A stretch of DNA of 64,000 bases from an uncultured virus (IMG/VR IMGVR_UViG_3300010885_058378) (lineage: Duplodnaviria > Heunggongvirae > Uroviricota > Caudoviricetes): positions 62,001-126,000 of IMG/VR virus record IMGVR_UViG_3300010885_058378, one strand, 5' to 3'. The notes beneath the pieces are model-generated. The model did not search any database. It saw only the letters and a program-made list of their open reading frames with translations, and was not told the DNA's origin. The position numbers were made by a program, and so were the translations under genes. Positions 1-9,146 of this stretch are shown in pieces; the first letter of the stretch is position 1, and each line of letters starts with the position of its first letter.

Positions 1-2
1 AA

Positions 3-632
3 TGTTTTTTAAAATTTAGAACTATTAATAATCCAGAATGGATGGAAAGTAATCGAAAAGCACAGCTTATAGCACAAAATAAACCAGAGCAAAAAAAGAA
101 AAATGCTCTAGGAGTGTCAAGAAGCTGGGATAATAAGAGGAAAAAGAAAGCTTCAATCTATCTAAAAAATAGATGGAAAACAGATCCAAAATTTGCCGAA
201 AAAGCCAGATCAAATTTAAAAATTAATGATACTCAACATATAAAAAATACATTTGGAATTGGTGGACTAAAAGGATTTTATAATGAAATATACTATGATA
301 GCGCATTAGAGTTATCGTATTTATTATGGTGTGAACAACTTAGTATTCCAATTAAAAGATATGATCTAGATCCAATACAATATGAAATATCAAATAAACA
401 AAAGTTATATTTTCCAGATTTCATTATCCATGAGGACATAGTGGTAGAGATAAAAGGTAAGGGCTTGTATTTTGCTAAAAATAAAGAACAAAATTTAGCG
501 AAAACTGCAGAAGCCAAGAAAAAACTAAAAAATAAATTTATAATAATATTTGATCAAGACAAAGAAGTTAAAACCTACTATAAAAAAGCCAGAAAATTAC
601 ATCATGAAATTAAAAAGCAAAAAGATAATTAA
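3..632 (+). CDS. TnsA-like PD-(D/E)xK endonuclease (putative homing endonuclease), 5'-truncated by the window edge
   Basis: The frame is open from position 3, upstream of the tracked ATG at 42. Motifs YDSALEL...YFPDF...VVEIKG are typical of TnsA-N-like endonucleases, with basic helical repeats N-terminally. It overlaps the next gene by 29 nt. Confidence 0.75.
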   Translation, partial: CFLKFRTINNPEWMESNRKAQLIAQNKPEQKKKNALGVSRSWDNKRKKKASIYLKNRWKTDPKFAEKARSNLKINDTQHIKNTFGIGGLKGFYNEIYYDSALELSYLLWCEQLSIPIKRYDLDPIQYEISNKQKLYFPDFIIHEDIVVEIKGKGLYFAKNKEQNLAKTAEAKKKLKNKFIIIFDQDKEVKTYYKKARKLHHEIKKQKDN

Positions 633-711
633 GAATTACACAGGAAAAGTCCATGATATCTCTGTTAAAAATTCTGCATCCTATAATGTAGAGGGGTTGG
701 GAGTACATAAT
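604..711 (+). mobile_element. Intein C-terminal fragment (Int-C, 36 aa), probable naturally split intein
   Basis: MKLKSKKIIKNYTGKVHDISVKNSASYNVEGLGVHN followed by Ser+1. Block F (VHDISV...Y) and block G (HN|S) are present. It is basic, starts with its own Met, and has the size of known split Int-C halves. Confidence 0.88.
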
Positions 712-1437
712 TCTGCTGCAGGATGTTTGGTATCATATCTTATTGGTATTACTCAAATTGATCCTATCAAATATGATTTACTCTTTGAGAGATTTTATAA
801 TGAGGGCCGTAATACTGCGGATCATATTTCCATGCCAGATATTGATGTTGATGTTCCAATTAATAAAAGAGAACAGATCATCGAATATATTAAAAATAAG
901 TATGGTTCAGACAAGGTTTCTCAAATGATTACATTTAATACTATGAAAGGCAGGGGTGCCTTAAAAGAAGTATTAAGAGTGTATGACAATATCTCTTTTG
1001 AAGAAATGAATCGAATAACAAAGTTCATTCCTGACGAAGCAAAAATTGCTGACGAATTACAGGAAATGAAAGAAGATACCGGAGAGGCATCTATTATCAG
1101 GTGGGCACTAGAAAACAATGTTGACAAACTGAAGGAGTGGTGCTATATTAGTGATGATGGTTCTCTTGCCGGACCTTTGGCCAAAAGGTTTGAACAAGCC
1201 ATCCGACTTGAAGGAACTAAATCTAATCAATCCAAACATGCCGCCGGTGTAGTTATTAGTAGTCAAAGTCTCAGTGCTGTTTGTCCCATGGTTTATGATT
1301 CTAAAAATAAACAAGCAATAGCAGGGATGGAGATGCAAGATTTGGAAAATTTAGGTTTAATCAAATTTGATATTCTAGGCGTTGCTATGTTAGACAAAAT
1401 TATGACCATATCAGAAATTTTATGCAAAGGAGAATAA
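604..1437 (+). CDS. dnaE: DNA polymerase III alpha (DnaE) middle fragment (palm/thumb) with N-terminal split-intein C-half
   Basis: Likely ATG at 604. The intein C-half ends VHN|S, followed by SAAGCLVSYLIGITQIDP, LLFERF, catalytic PDIDVD, KHAAGVVI and GLIKFDILG, all DnaE motifs. The gene ends right after the KFDxLG helix. Confidence 0.93.
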   Translation: MKLKSKKIIKNYTGKVHDISVKNSASYNVEGLGVHNSAAGCLVSYLIGITQIDPIKYDLLFERFYNEGRNTADHISMPDIDVDVPINKREQIIEYIKNKYGSDKVSQMITFNTMKGRGALKEVLRVYDNISFEEMNRITKFIPDEAKIADELQEMKEDTGEASIIRWALENNVDKLKEWCYISDDGSLAGPLAKRFEQAIRLEGTKSNQSKHAAGVVISSQSLSAVCPMVYDSKNKQAIAGMEMQDLENLGLIKFDILGVAMLDKIMTISEILCKGE

Positions 1438-1438
1438 A

Positions 1439-1618
1439 ATGCAAAAACAATTTCATGAACTAGCGATTGGTGATAGATTCACAGTTAATGGCGTTGAATA
1501 TATTAAAACTGAAGAAGTTAGAGTTAGCTGTTGCAGAAGTATCAATTGTTATGCTTCTTCTGACGCTAATCAAAAAGGACATTTTCCCGGAAATACAGAA
1601 GTTACAATAAATGGCTAA
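1439..1618 (+). CDS. Small hypothetical protein (59 aa), below the ORF-track cutoff
   Basis: ATG at 1439 with AGGAG upstream. MQKQFHELAIGDRFTVNGVEYIKTEEVRVSCCRSINC...; the stop overlaps the exonuclease start, filling the gap exactly. Confidence 0.7.
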   Translation: MQKQFHELAIGDRFTVNGVEYIKTEEVRVSCCRSINCYASSDANQKGHFPGNTEVTING

Positions 1619-2306
1619 TCTACAAAAAATTTGTGTCTTTGATTTGGAAACAGACGGAGTTAATCCTGATCTTTGCAGTCCAGTTCAAATTGCTGCGGTT
1701 ATGGTTGATCCACTAAAATTAGAAATAGTTAAAGATTCGGAGTTTAATATTACCGTTAAGCCATTGATACTAGAAGAAAAACCAGAGTATGTTTATTCTG
1801 ATTCCGATGTTCTGGACTTTCATGCCAAGGTAAAAGGAAGTACAAAAGATCAGATTTTAGAATCTTGGAAAGCATACCAGAAGCAAGAGCACGGATGGAA
1901 TATGTTCATATCCTACTTGGAAATGTATCATATTAGATCCAGCGGTAAGAAGTCTTGTTTCACGGCACCTATTGCTGCTGGTTATAATATTAATAGGTTT
2001 GATCTTAGGATAATAGAAAGATTAAGTCAAAAATATAATAATCTGAATAAAGAAGGACGATCCTCTTTGTTTTATCCTAGAGACGTGATAGATATCATGA
2101 ATTTAGTATTTTATTGGTTTGAAGGAAATAGCGAACTAAAAAATTATACTCTAGATAACCTTAGAGATTATCTTGGTATAGATAAAGAAGGTGCTCACGA
2201 TGCTCTTAAGGATGTTCAAGATACGGCAAATATCTTAATTAGATTTTTAAAGTTACACAGAAGCTTGTCAAATAAGATTAAGTTTAAATCATCATTTATT
2301 GGATAA
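1611..2306 (+). CDS. dnaQ: DEDDh 3'-5' exonuclease (DnaQ/epsilon-like proofreading subunit)
   Basis: ExoI VFDLETDG, ExoII GYNINRFD, ExoIII HDALKD; lies between DnaE fragments. Confidence 0.88.
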   Translation: MANLQKICVFDLETDGVNPDLCSPVQIAAVMVDPLKLEIVKDSEFNITVKPLILEEKPEYVYSDSDVLDFHAKVKGSTKDQILESWKAYQKQEHGWNMFISYLEMYHIRSSGKKSCFTAPIAAGYNINRFDLRIIERLSQKYNNLNKEGRSSLFYPRDVIDIMNLVFYWFEGNSELKNYTLDNLRDYLGIDKEGAHDALKDVQDTANILIRFLKLHRSLSNKIKFKSSFIG

Positions 2307-2314
2307 ATTAATTA

Positions 2315-3940
2315 ATGGGTAAGTTTTTTACGTTTGATTGTGGTTGCAAGTTTCCGGTTATAGGCGATAATGAGAATTTTCCAAGAATAGATTTTTCTCC
2401 AAAATTATCTAATATCAACCTTAACTGTGAAAAAACATGGGATTTAATATCTCTTGGTAATACCAAAGGATGTTTTCAATTAGAATCCAGACTAGGCCAA
2501 ACAATGGCCAGAAAACTTAAACCTCATAATATTGAGCAGTTATCGGGATTAATTAGTATTCTCAGGCCAGGATGTCTTGAGGCTATGAGAGATGGTAAAA
2601 GCGTATCAAACCATTATATTGATAAAAAGAATGGATTAGCATCTATTGATTACTTTCATACTGCCTTAGAACCTATTCTTAAAGATACATATTCTGAAAT
2701 GATTTATCAAGAACAGGCTATGTCTATTGCTAAAGAATTAGCTGGATTTAATCTTAAAGAAGCAGACGATCTTAGAAAAGCAATTGGTAAAAAACAAGCG
2801 GATAAAATGGCTAAGGTCAAAGAACAATTTATTATTGGTTCAAAAAATAAGGGACTGATAAACGAGCAGGAAGCAGAACAAATCTTTGAATGGATTGAAA
2901 AAAGTCAAAGATATTTATTTAATGCTAGTCATTCTATTAGTTATGCAATGAATGCTTATCTGTCTGCTTATGCTAAGGCCCATTTCCCAAGAGTCTTTTT
3001 TGCTTCGTATCTTAGGTTTGCCAAAGATAAGATAGATCCTCAACAAGAGATTAAAGAGTTGGTTAGAAATGCTATTGAAATGGATATTGAAATAAGAATA
3101 CCAGACTTTAGAAATTTAAATGAATTATTCATACTCAAGGATAAAAAGATATATTTTGGATTAACAGATATTAAGGGTGTTGGTAATTCAGTATATAAAA
3201 AGATTATCGATCTTGTTAAAGATTGTGATGTTAATGAATTATCTTGGTCACAAACCATGTCTATAGTTCTTTTAAATATAAACTCTATTGCGGCCAAAGC
3301 AATGATTAGTTGTGGGGCGTTTGACTATTTTAAAAAGAATAGATCAGAATTGTTATTTGAATATGAGATATGCAGCGGCTTAACAAAGAAAGAGTTGGGA
3401 TCTTTTAATGACTATATATCTGTTAAACCAGAATCTGGAATATTAGACATATTAAGACACATATATGACAATACTAAGCTTATAAAAGGTAGGAAAGAGG
3501 CTATTAATAACTATATACAATCTATGATACGTCCTCCATATTCTTTGGTTGATAAAATAGAATGGCTATCTGATTCAGAAAATGGTCTACTTGGGGTGGG
3601 AATTACTTGTTCCAAATTAGATGCTTATGATGTAAGTTCTGCAAATTGTAATTGTAAAACCTTTAAAACATCTTTAATTAAAGATAATATTATATTAGTT
3701 GGTGAAATTTCTAATATCAATATTACCAAAACAAAAAATGGTAAAAACCCCGGATTGGAGATGGCATTTGTAACGATTGAGGACCAGTTTGGTACACTAG
3801 ATACTGTGGTCTTTTTTCCAGAACCATTCTCTCAATATAGATCGTATTTATTTATAGGAAGCATACTTGTATTTTCTGGTAATCGTAGTAAGTCGAAAGA
3901 TGGGCTGATTGTGGAAAAGTGCTTTAATCCAGTTTCTTGA
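2315..3940 (+). CDS. dnaE: DNA polymerase III alpha (DnaE) C-terminal fragment (fingers, HhH, OB fold)
   Basis: GCFQLES, LRPG, IYQEQAM, ADDLRKAIGKK, FNASHS, FGLTDIKGVG (HhH), MAFVTIED (OB). Confidence 0.93.
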   Translation: MGKFFTFDCGCKFPVIGDNENFPRIDFSPKLSNINLNCEKTWDLISLGNTKGCFQLESRLGQTMARKLKPHNIEQLSGLISILRPGCLEAMRDGKSVSNHYIDKKNGLASIDYFHTALEPILKDTYSEMIYQEQAMSIAKELAGFNLKEADDLRKAIGKKQADKMAKVKEQFIIGSKNKGLINEQEAEQIFEWIEKSQRYLFNASHSISYAMNAYLSAYAKAHFPRVFFASYLRFAKDKIDPQQEIKELVRNAIEMDIEIRIPDFRNLNELFILKDKKIYFGLTDIKGVGNSVYKKIIDLVKDCDVNELSWSQTMSIVLLNINSIAAKAMISCGAFDYFKKNRSELLFEYEICSGLTKKELGSFNDYISVKPESGILDILRHIYDNTKLIKGRKEAINNYIQSMIRPPYSLVDKIEWLSDSENGLLGVGITCSKLDAYDVSSANCNCKTFKTSLIKDNIILVGEISNINITKTKNGKNPGLEMAFVTIEDQFGTLDTVVFFPEPFSQYRSYLFIGSILVFSGNRSKSKDGLIVEKCFNPVS

Positions 3941-3964
3941 CAGTGTACAGCGGCAGTTTATAAT
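3937..3964 (+). promoter_or_regulatory. Consensus sigma70-type promoter upstream of ssb
   Basis: TTGACA (3937-3942), 16-nt spacer, TATAAT (3959-3964). SD TAAGGAG at 3989-3995 precedes ATG 4003. Confidence 0.8.
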
Positions 3965-4002
3965 ATGGTAGTTGCGAGTTTTCTTTCTTAAGGAGTTGAT
4001 TT

Positions 4003-4374
4003 ATGAATATTACGTTGCTAAAGGGTAATCTTGCTAGGGATCCAGAACTAAGAAATGTAAATACTGGAGGAAAGCAAACATCAGTAGTTAATTTTACTGT
4101 TGCTGTTTCTCGTGAGTATACAAAGGCTAGTGGAGACAAGGATAAGATTACTTCCTTTATAAATTGCGAAGCGTGGGATAGTGGTGCGGAAATGATATCT
4201 GAGTCATTCAAGAAGGGTGATCTGGTTATGGTTGAAGGATCTCTGAGAAATGATTCGTGGGAAAAGGATGGAGTTAAGCATAGTAGTCTAAAAGTTAGAG
4301 TAAATAACTTTTCAAAGATTACAAGACTTTCTAAGAATTCCAGACAGGATTCACAAGAGCCAGTAGCATTCTGA
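4003..4374 (+). CDS. ssb: Single-stranded DNA-binding protein
   Basis: MNITLLKGNLARDPELR...F.VAV...FINCEAW...KGDLVMVEGSL..DSWEKDG: bacterial-type SSB OB fold with a short tail ending in F. Confidence 0.95.
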   Translation: MNITLLKGNLARDPELRNVNTGGKQTSVVNFTVAVSREYTKASGDKDKITSFINCEAWDSGAEMISESFKKGDLVMVEGSLRNDSWEKDGVKHSSLKVRVNNFSKITRLSKNSRQDSQEPVAF

Positions 4375-4399
4375 TAAAGATATTTAAACCCTTTTAAAG

Positions 4400-4432
4400 A
4401 TATGGGGGTGCTAACACCACCCCCGTATTTTT
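4400..4432 (+). terminator. Rho-independent terminator after ssb
   Basis: TATGGGGGTG-ctaacac-CACCCCCGTA stem-loop followed by TTTTT. Confidence 0.8.
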
Positions 4433-4440
4433 ATCTTCTT

Positions 4441-6111
4441 ATGACAAAACCAAAACTTAAAATCTTAATGTGTTCTGAAGCTAGTTTTATAAATTCTGGT
4501 TTTGGAATTTATACAAAAGAACTACTGAATAGACTATATGATACCGACAAGTATGATATAGCAGAATTTGCTTCTTATGGATTTGTTAATGACCCAAGAG
4601 ACACTTCTATAAGATGGAAGTATTATGCTAATGCTGTTAAGGATGGAGATCCTAGGCACAAAGAATATTCTTCTAGGGGAGACAATCAATTTGGAAGATG
4701 GAGATTTGAAAAAGTTCTTTTAGATTTTAAGCCCGACGTTGTTATTGATATCAGAGACTACTGGATGACAGCTTATCAGAGGACTTCCCCTCTGCGTAAG
4801 TTTTTCCATTGGGTGTTAATGCCAACAGTAGACTCATCACCACAACAAGAAGAATGGATTGATACTTTCTTAGACGCCGATGCCATATTCACCTATTCTG
4901 ATTGGGGTGCAAAAGTATTAAAAGACCAAGCATCTGGTAAAATCAATTATATAGATACAACATCGCCAGGAATAGACTGTAATGTATTTAAGCCAAAAGA
5001 CAGAAATACAATCAGATCAAATTTTGGAATAAGCGAAGATAGTTTTGTTGTTGGTTCAGTAATGAGGAACCAAAAAAGAAAATTAATTCCTGAGCTTTTT
5101 GCAACATTCAGGATCATTCTAGATAAACTAGAAGCAAATAACAATAAAGAGCTGGCAGATAAAATATTCCTATATCTGCATACAAGCTATCCAGATATGG
5201 GATGGGATATACCGGAAATACTAAGACAGAACAGATTGACCAATAAAGTATTATTCACATACTTATGCAAAAGCTGTGGTAAGGTTTCTTGTTCAAAATT
5301 TCAAGGACCGAGCAAAGTATGCGATAGATGCCTAGCCAAAGCGAGCAGTTTCCCATCTGTTACAGACGGGGTTAGCTCTGAGGAATTAAGCAACATATAT
5401 AATATATTTGATTTATATGTGCAGTATTCTATTTGCGAAGGATTTGGTATGCCACAAGTTGAGGCTGGTGCTTGTGGTGTGCCTATTGCTACTGTAAATT
5501 ATAGTGCCATGTGCGACATAGTAGACAGACTCAATGCTTATCCTATAAAAATTAAATCAGCATTTAAAGAACTAGAAACCAAAGCAATCAGAGTATATCC
5601 AGACAATCAGGATCTTGCTGAATACATTTTAGACTTAGCATCTCAGCCAAAACCCATTCTGAATAAGAAGAGATTTGAAACACATGAACTAACACATAAA
5701 CACTATGATTGGAATAACACTTTTAAGAAATGGGAAAAATATCTAGATAGTCTAGATTCATCGGGCTATAGATCAAATTGGAATACTGGAGAATATCTTG
5801 AACCATTGAATACTCAAATCAATAATCCCAGTAATAGTAATTTTGATAATCTTTTACATATCCTAAATAATAATATGAAAAATGCATCAATGATTGGTGA
5901 TCAAAAAATGCTAGAGTTATTGAATAGCTCAGATTATGGATTCGTTCAAAATGGACCAACAAGTATTCTAGGATATGGTTTTCAAGACCTTAAAGAATAT
6001 ATTAAAACCAATATAGACAATAACAATCAAGCAAAACAAGCAAAAGACAGTAATATTACATTTGATGAAGATTTTATCTTATATTCGAAGCTAAAGAATA
6101 AACAACAATGA
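4441..6111 (+). CDS. GT-B (GT4-like) glycosyltransferase with Zn-finger-like insertion
   Basis: SGFGIY N-terminal loop, RNQKRK, EGFGMPQVEAGACGVP (ExFG...E motif), CxxC...CxxC insertion. The start is moved to ATG 4441 because the tracked start at 4402 lies in the terminator. Confidence 0.88.
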   Translation: MTKPKLKILMCSEASFINSGFGIYTKELLNRLYDTDKYDIAEFASYGFVNDPRDTSIRWKYYANAVKDGDPRHKEYSSRGDNQFGRWRFEKVLLDFKPDVVIDIRDYWMTAYQRTSPLRKFFHWVLMPTVDSSPQQEEWIDTFLDADAIFTYSDWGAKVLKDQASGKINYIDTTSPGIDCNVFKPKDRNTIRSNFGISEDSFVVGSVMRNQKRKLIPELFATFRIILDKLEANNNKELADKIFLYLHTSYPDMGWDIPEILRQNRLTNKVLFTYLCKSCGKVSCSKFQGPSKVCDRCLAKASSFPSVTDGVSSEELSNIYNIFDLYVQYSICEGFGMPQVEAGACGVPIATVNYSAMCDIVDRLNAYPIKIKSAFKELETKAIRVYPDNQDLAEYILDLASQPKPILNKKRFETHELTHKHYDWNNTFKKWEKYLDSLDSSGYRSNWNTGEYLEPLNTQINNPSNSNFDNLLHILNNNMKNASMIGDQKMLELLNSSDYGFVQNGPTSILGYGFQDLKEYIKTNIDNNNQAKQAKDSNITFDEDFILYSKLKNKQQ

Positions 6112-7106
6112 ATATTTTATATATAGGACCATATAGACAAAAGGGTATTATTGGAATAACGTCTCTATTTGTTCTAATTAATATACTGTCTAAAGCTAAT
6201 ACCCGTGTTAGTTCTAGACCTATCTACATCAATGGTGCTGAGCCAGTGGATGTTGGAAATGAAACAATTCTGTCTAGTGAAAAAAGTAGACTAGATAATT
6301 ACGATATGGTTATCCAACATGTAGACCCAAAAGACTGTATAAAAATAAACTCAGTTAAGAAAAATGTAATCATACCTATTCTTAATGAAAGAATATTAGA
6401 TGAAAATACTATTAATAAGCTTGCAGATTTCGACATGGTATTGACAGATACGAAATATTCCTACTCCAGAATTGCAAATGCCGGTAATAAACTATCAAGT
6501 AAAACAAAGAACTATGATTACGATATTCCAATGTCTTCAATATCACAAAATAAATTCAATATAGGAACTTTGGGTCATACTAAAAAACTATATTTTATTG
6601 GTAGTTATAGACATAATATTGCTAATATTAATTATTTATGCAAGTCCTTCATAAGAAACACAGTAAACAATGAGTGTTCTTTGGTATTGTTTTTATTTGA
6701 TATCGATGCCAAAATTAAAAACGATATTGAAAGCATGATATCTAATATATATACAGAAAATAATATTAAGCATGCCATCAACAGAGTCCTTGTTGCACCA
6801 ATAGACCCAACACTAGAGAATATACTTATTGCTCATCAAACTGGCGATATTTTTATTGACTTACAAGACGATAATAGCAACACAGTAAATAGTAAATTTG
6901 CAACAATTCTTAAGAAATCAATCGTTTCATTCGGTGTTGATGACTATGATTATAGTTATAATAGAAATCATACCATATATAGCACAGGATGTGCGGGTGT
7001 TTCATATAAGTCAATAGAGACAAAAACAAAAAGAGCAATATCAGATAATATATATAGTGAGCATATAATACCATTTAAAAAACAGCATATTAATAAAATC
7101 ATATGA
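6108..7106 (+). CDS. Divergent GT-B glycosyltransferase-like protein
   Basis: MNILYIGPYRQ Rossmann-like start, LYFIGSY, AHQTGDIFIDL; ATGA-coupled to the GT4 gene. The catalytic ExxG motif is not evident. Confidence 0.5.
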   Translation: MNILYIGPYRQKGIIGITSLFVLINILSKANTRVSSRPIYINGAEPVDVGNETILSSEKSRLDNYDMVIQHVDPKDCIKINSVKKNVIIPILNERILDENTINKLADFDMVLTDTKYSYSRIANAGNKLSSKTKNYDYDIPMSSISQNKFNIGTLGHTKKLYFIGSYRHNIANINYLCKSFIRNTVNNECSLVLFLFDIDAKIKNDIESMISNIYTENNIKHAINRVLVAPIDPTLENILIAHQTGDIFIDLQDDNSNTVNSKFATILKKSIVSFGVDDYDYSYNRNHTIYSTGCAGVSYKSIETKTKRAISDNIYSEHIIPFKKQHINKII

Positions 7107-7981
7107 GTATCACCAATTCAATTCTAAATATCGCTTACGGAACTCTTAATAAAAGAATTAATCTTCTTTATTCTCCTAGCTTAATGTTGTTTGATAATAT
7201 TTTTAATGATGTAGATAATATTAATTTATTTTTTGATGGAGATGAGGTATCAGATTACTATTATGATTGTTATTTTTCTAATAATTTTTTAGACCATACA
7301 AATAATACTAAAAAACTATCAGATAAAGCACACCTAAAGGATATTATAGCTTTTCATTACCCTCCTCCCCCAAGCTTTAAAAAAGAAGATGTAGTACTAT
7401 TGCAAAATAATACTAAACACATTCATAAGATCTTTTTTGGCGAACATATTATGCAATCATGGAGATATCCTCAAGATAATAAAACAACAATTATGAATTA
7501 TGGTATCCCTGTTACTGAATGGTCAGCAACAAGAGATAAGAATGTATTAATATTTAATCTAGAAAATAATCCACAAATAGACACTTTACACAAAACAATA
7601 TCTTCAAACATACCCAATACAGACATTATAAAAGCCATTAGTCCATCAAATATCTCTATTAATAATCTTGGACAATTTTTATCACAATACAAAGTCTGCA
7701 TCGATCTTGGCAATACGGTCAATACTCTGTTTGCGATGTCCTGTGGGGTAGAATGTGTTTCTCCCATAACAAATGATAAAGATAATTCTCTTATGCACAA
7801 TATTAGTGATTTTAATAGCATATTATATACTTTAACAAATATTTTATCAAAAAATACAAGCGAGCAAACGCGACACGAAGGTTCGGAACTAATTTACTCA
7901 AAATATGATTATAATACATTCAAAAATAATATGGTGGAATATATGACTAATTTTAAAAACAATGAGATATTTGTACTATGA
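7103..7981 (+). CDS. Divergent glycosyltransferase-like protein
   Basis: C-terminal LSQYKVCIDL...FAMSCGVECVS resembles the GT-B EAMxxGxP segment; operon-coupled. Confidence 0.5.
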   Translation: MSITNSILNIAYGTLNKRINLLYSPSLMLFDNIFNDVDNINLFFDGDEVSDYYYDCYFSNNFLDHTNNTKKLSDKAHLKDIIAFHYPPPPSFKKEDVVLLQNNTKHIHKIFFGEHIMQSWRYPQDNKTTIMNYGIPVTEWSATRDKNVLIFNLENNPQIDTLHKTISSNIPNTDIIKAISPSNISINNLGQFLSQYKVCIDLGNTVNTLFAMSCGVECVSPITNDKDNSLMHNISDFNSILYTLTNILSKNTSEQTRHEGSELIYSKYDYNTFKNNMVEYMTNFKNNEIFVL

Positions 7982-8394
7982 GCAGACATTATAATATCAC
8001 ATATAAAAATTATGTGCCTAATAGTTCTAATAGCATTAATATAGATTTATCTGAACTTGATAATATAATAAATCATTCATCAGATGGAATATATTGTTCC
8101 TGTTTAAACTATATAAAGATTGAAGAAATAGATGCTATCTTTCATAAGGTTCTTAATAAAACTAAGCCAACAGGAGTGGTAATATTTAGTATCATAGATG
8201 TTAAAAAGTATTCAAATGATTTTTTACAGAACCAAATAGGTGGACAGGAATTTTTAAGCAAACTTAATGGCGTTCAATCAATACTATCTATAGAAGATAT
8301 ATATACTAGAATTGATAATAATATTTTTACAATAAAACAAATCTTGCAAGAAGGCGGAACTATTGATGTTGCCCTAGAAAGGATTAAGATATGA
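7978..8394 (+). CDS. Class I SAM-methyltransferase-like protein (truncated/divergent)
   Basis: SDGIYCSCLNYI...VLNKTKPTGVVIFSIID resembles the D.I....L.H...LKPGG.L segment; no clear GxG motif I. Confidence 0.4.
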   Translation: MSRHYNITYKNYVPNSSNSINIDLSELDNIINHSSDGIYCSCLNYIKIEEIDAIFHKVLNKTKPTGVVIFSIIDVKKYSNDFLQNQIGGQEFLSKLNGVQSILSIEDIYTRIDNNIFTIKQILQEGGTIDVALERIKI

Positions 8395-9146
8395 GTAAAT
8401 TTAATACCTCTTGTAAAAAATGCTATTTTGCTCAAGAAGTATCGTCTGGAAAGTCTTGTGAATTTTATATTCCAGATGCTATAGCTTCCAATAAAAAAAT
8501 AGAAGTTATTGATAACTATAACTATATTCATAATTATTTATGCAAATATGGACTATCAAAAGATAAAGCCGATGAAATATCAACTAATAAAAGTGAGATT
8601 GATCTTAAAGTATATGCAAAAAGCAGAGTAGCTCCAGCTTATGATTTGTTCTGCATGGTAGGTGATGATGATGAGATAGAGAATATCTGTGATCAGATTA
8701 TAAAATTAGAGATTAAACCAGAGCGCATAAATCTGTCATTTAAACGAGATTATGACATGAAAAGGGCTCAGTCTGCTTGTGATAAAATACTAGGTAATCA
8801 GATGTCTTGGAAATTACATTATTTTCTAGAAGACAAACCAGAATACGAAACCCTGCATATTGCAACATCCACAGATGATAAATTATCAAGCTGTAAATTT
8901 ATATGGATAGTTAATCAAAAAATATTAGAGTCGGCTATAAAAAAAGATAGCATTAATAAAATTAATTATATAGTTAATGTAGATCAACCAGATGCTGCTA
9001 TTCTAATGAGTGAAATGTCAACAAATTATTTTTATGGAATATTCTTAACAATAGAGAATATGAATGGAATATATAAAAATATCAATCATAACCTAGGCCA
9101 AGCAATAGAAGAATCATATAAAGACACTATAATACATTATGATTGA
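8391..9146 (+). CDS. Hypothetical protein, N-terminal Cys cluster (CKKC...C...C)
   Basis: 251-aa ORF coupled to neighbours by overlapping start/stop codons. Confidence 0.6.
   Translation: MSKFNTSCKKCYFAQEVSSGKSCEFYIPDAIASNKKIEVIDNYNYIHNYLCKYGLSKDKADEISTNKSEIDLKVYAKSRVAPAYDLFCMVGDDDEIENICDQIIKLEIKPERINLSFKRDYDMKRAQSACDKILGNQMSWKLHYFLEDKPEYETLHIATSTDDKLSSCKFIWIVNQKILESAIKKDSINKINYIVNVDQPDAAILMSEMSTNYFYGIFLTIENMNGIYKNINHNLGQAIEESYKDTIIHYD

Noticed and set aside
550..603. TTG start at 550, or a -1 frameshift at TAAAAAAG (581-588) fusing endonuclease and Int-C
   Set aside because: Joining the frames needs +1, not -1, and ATG 604 gives a canonical-length Int-C. An assembly indel remains a formal alternative.
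2900..2940. Intein at the cyanobacterial DnaE split site
   Set aside because: The sequence reads continuously QRYLFNASHS with no intein motifs.
4402..4440. Tracked N-terminal extension MGVLTPPPYFYLL of the glycosyltransferase
   Set aside because: It coincides with the terminator hairpin; ATG 4441 is the more plausible start.
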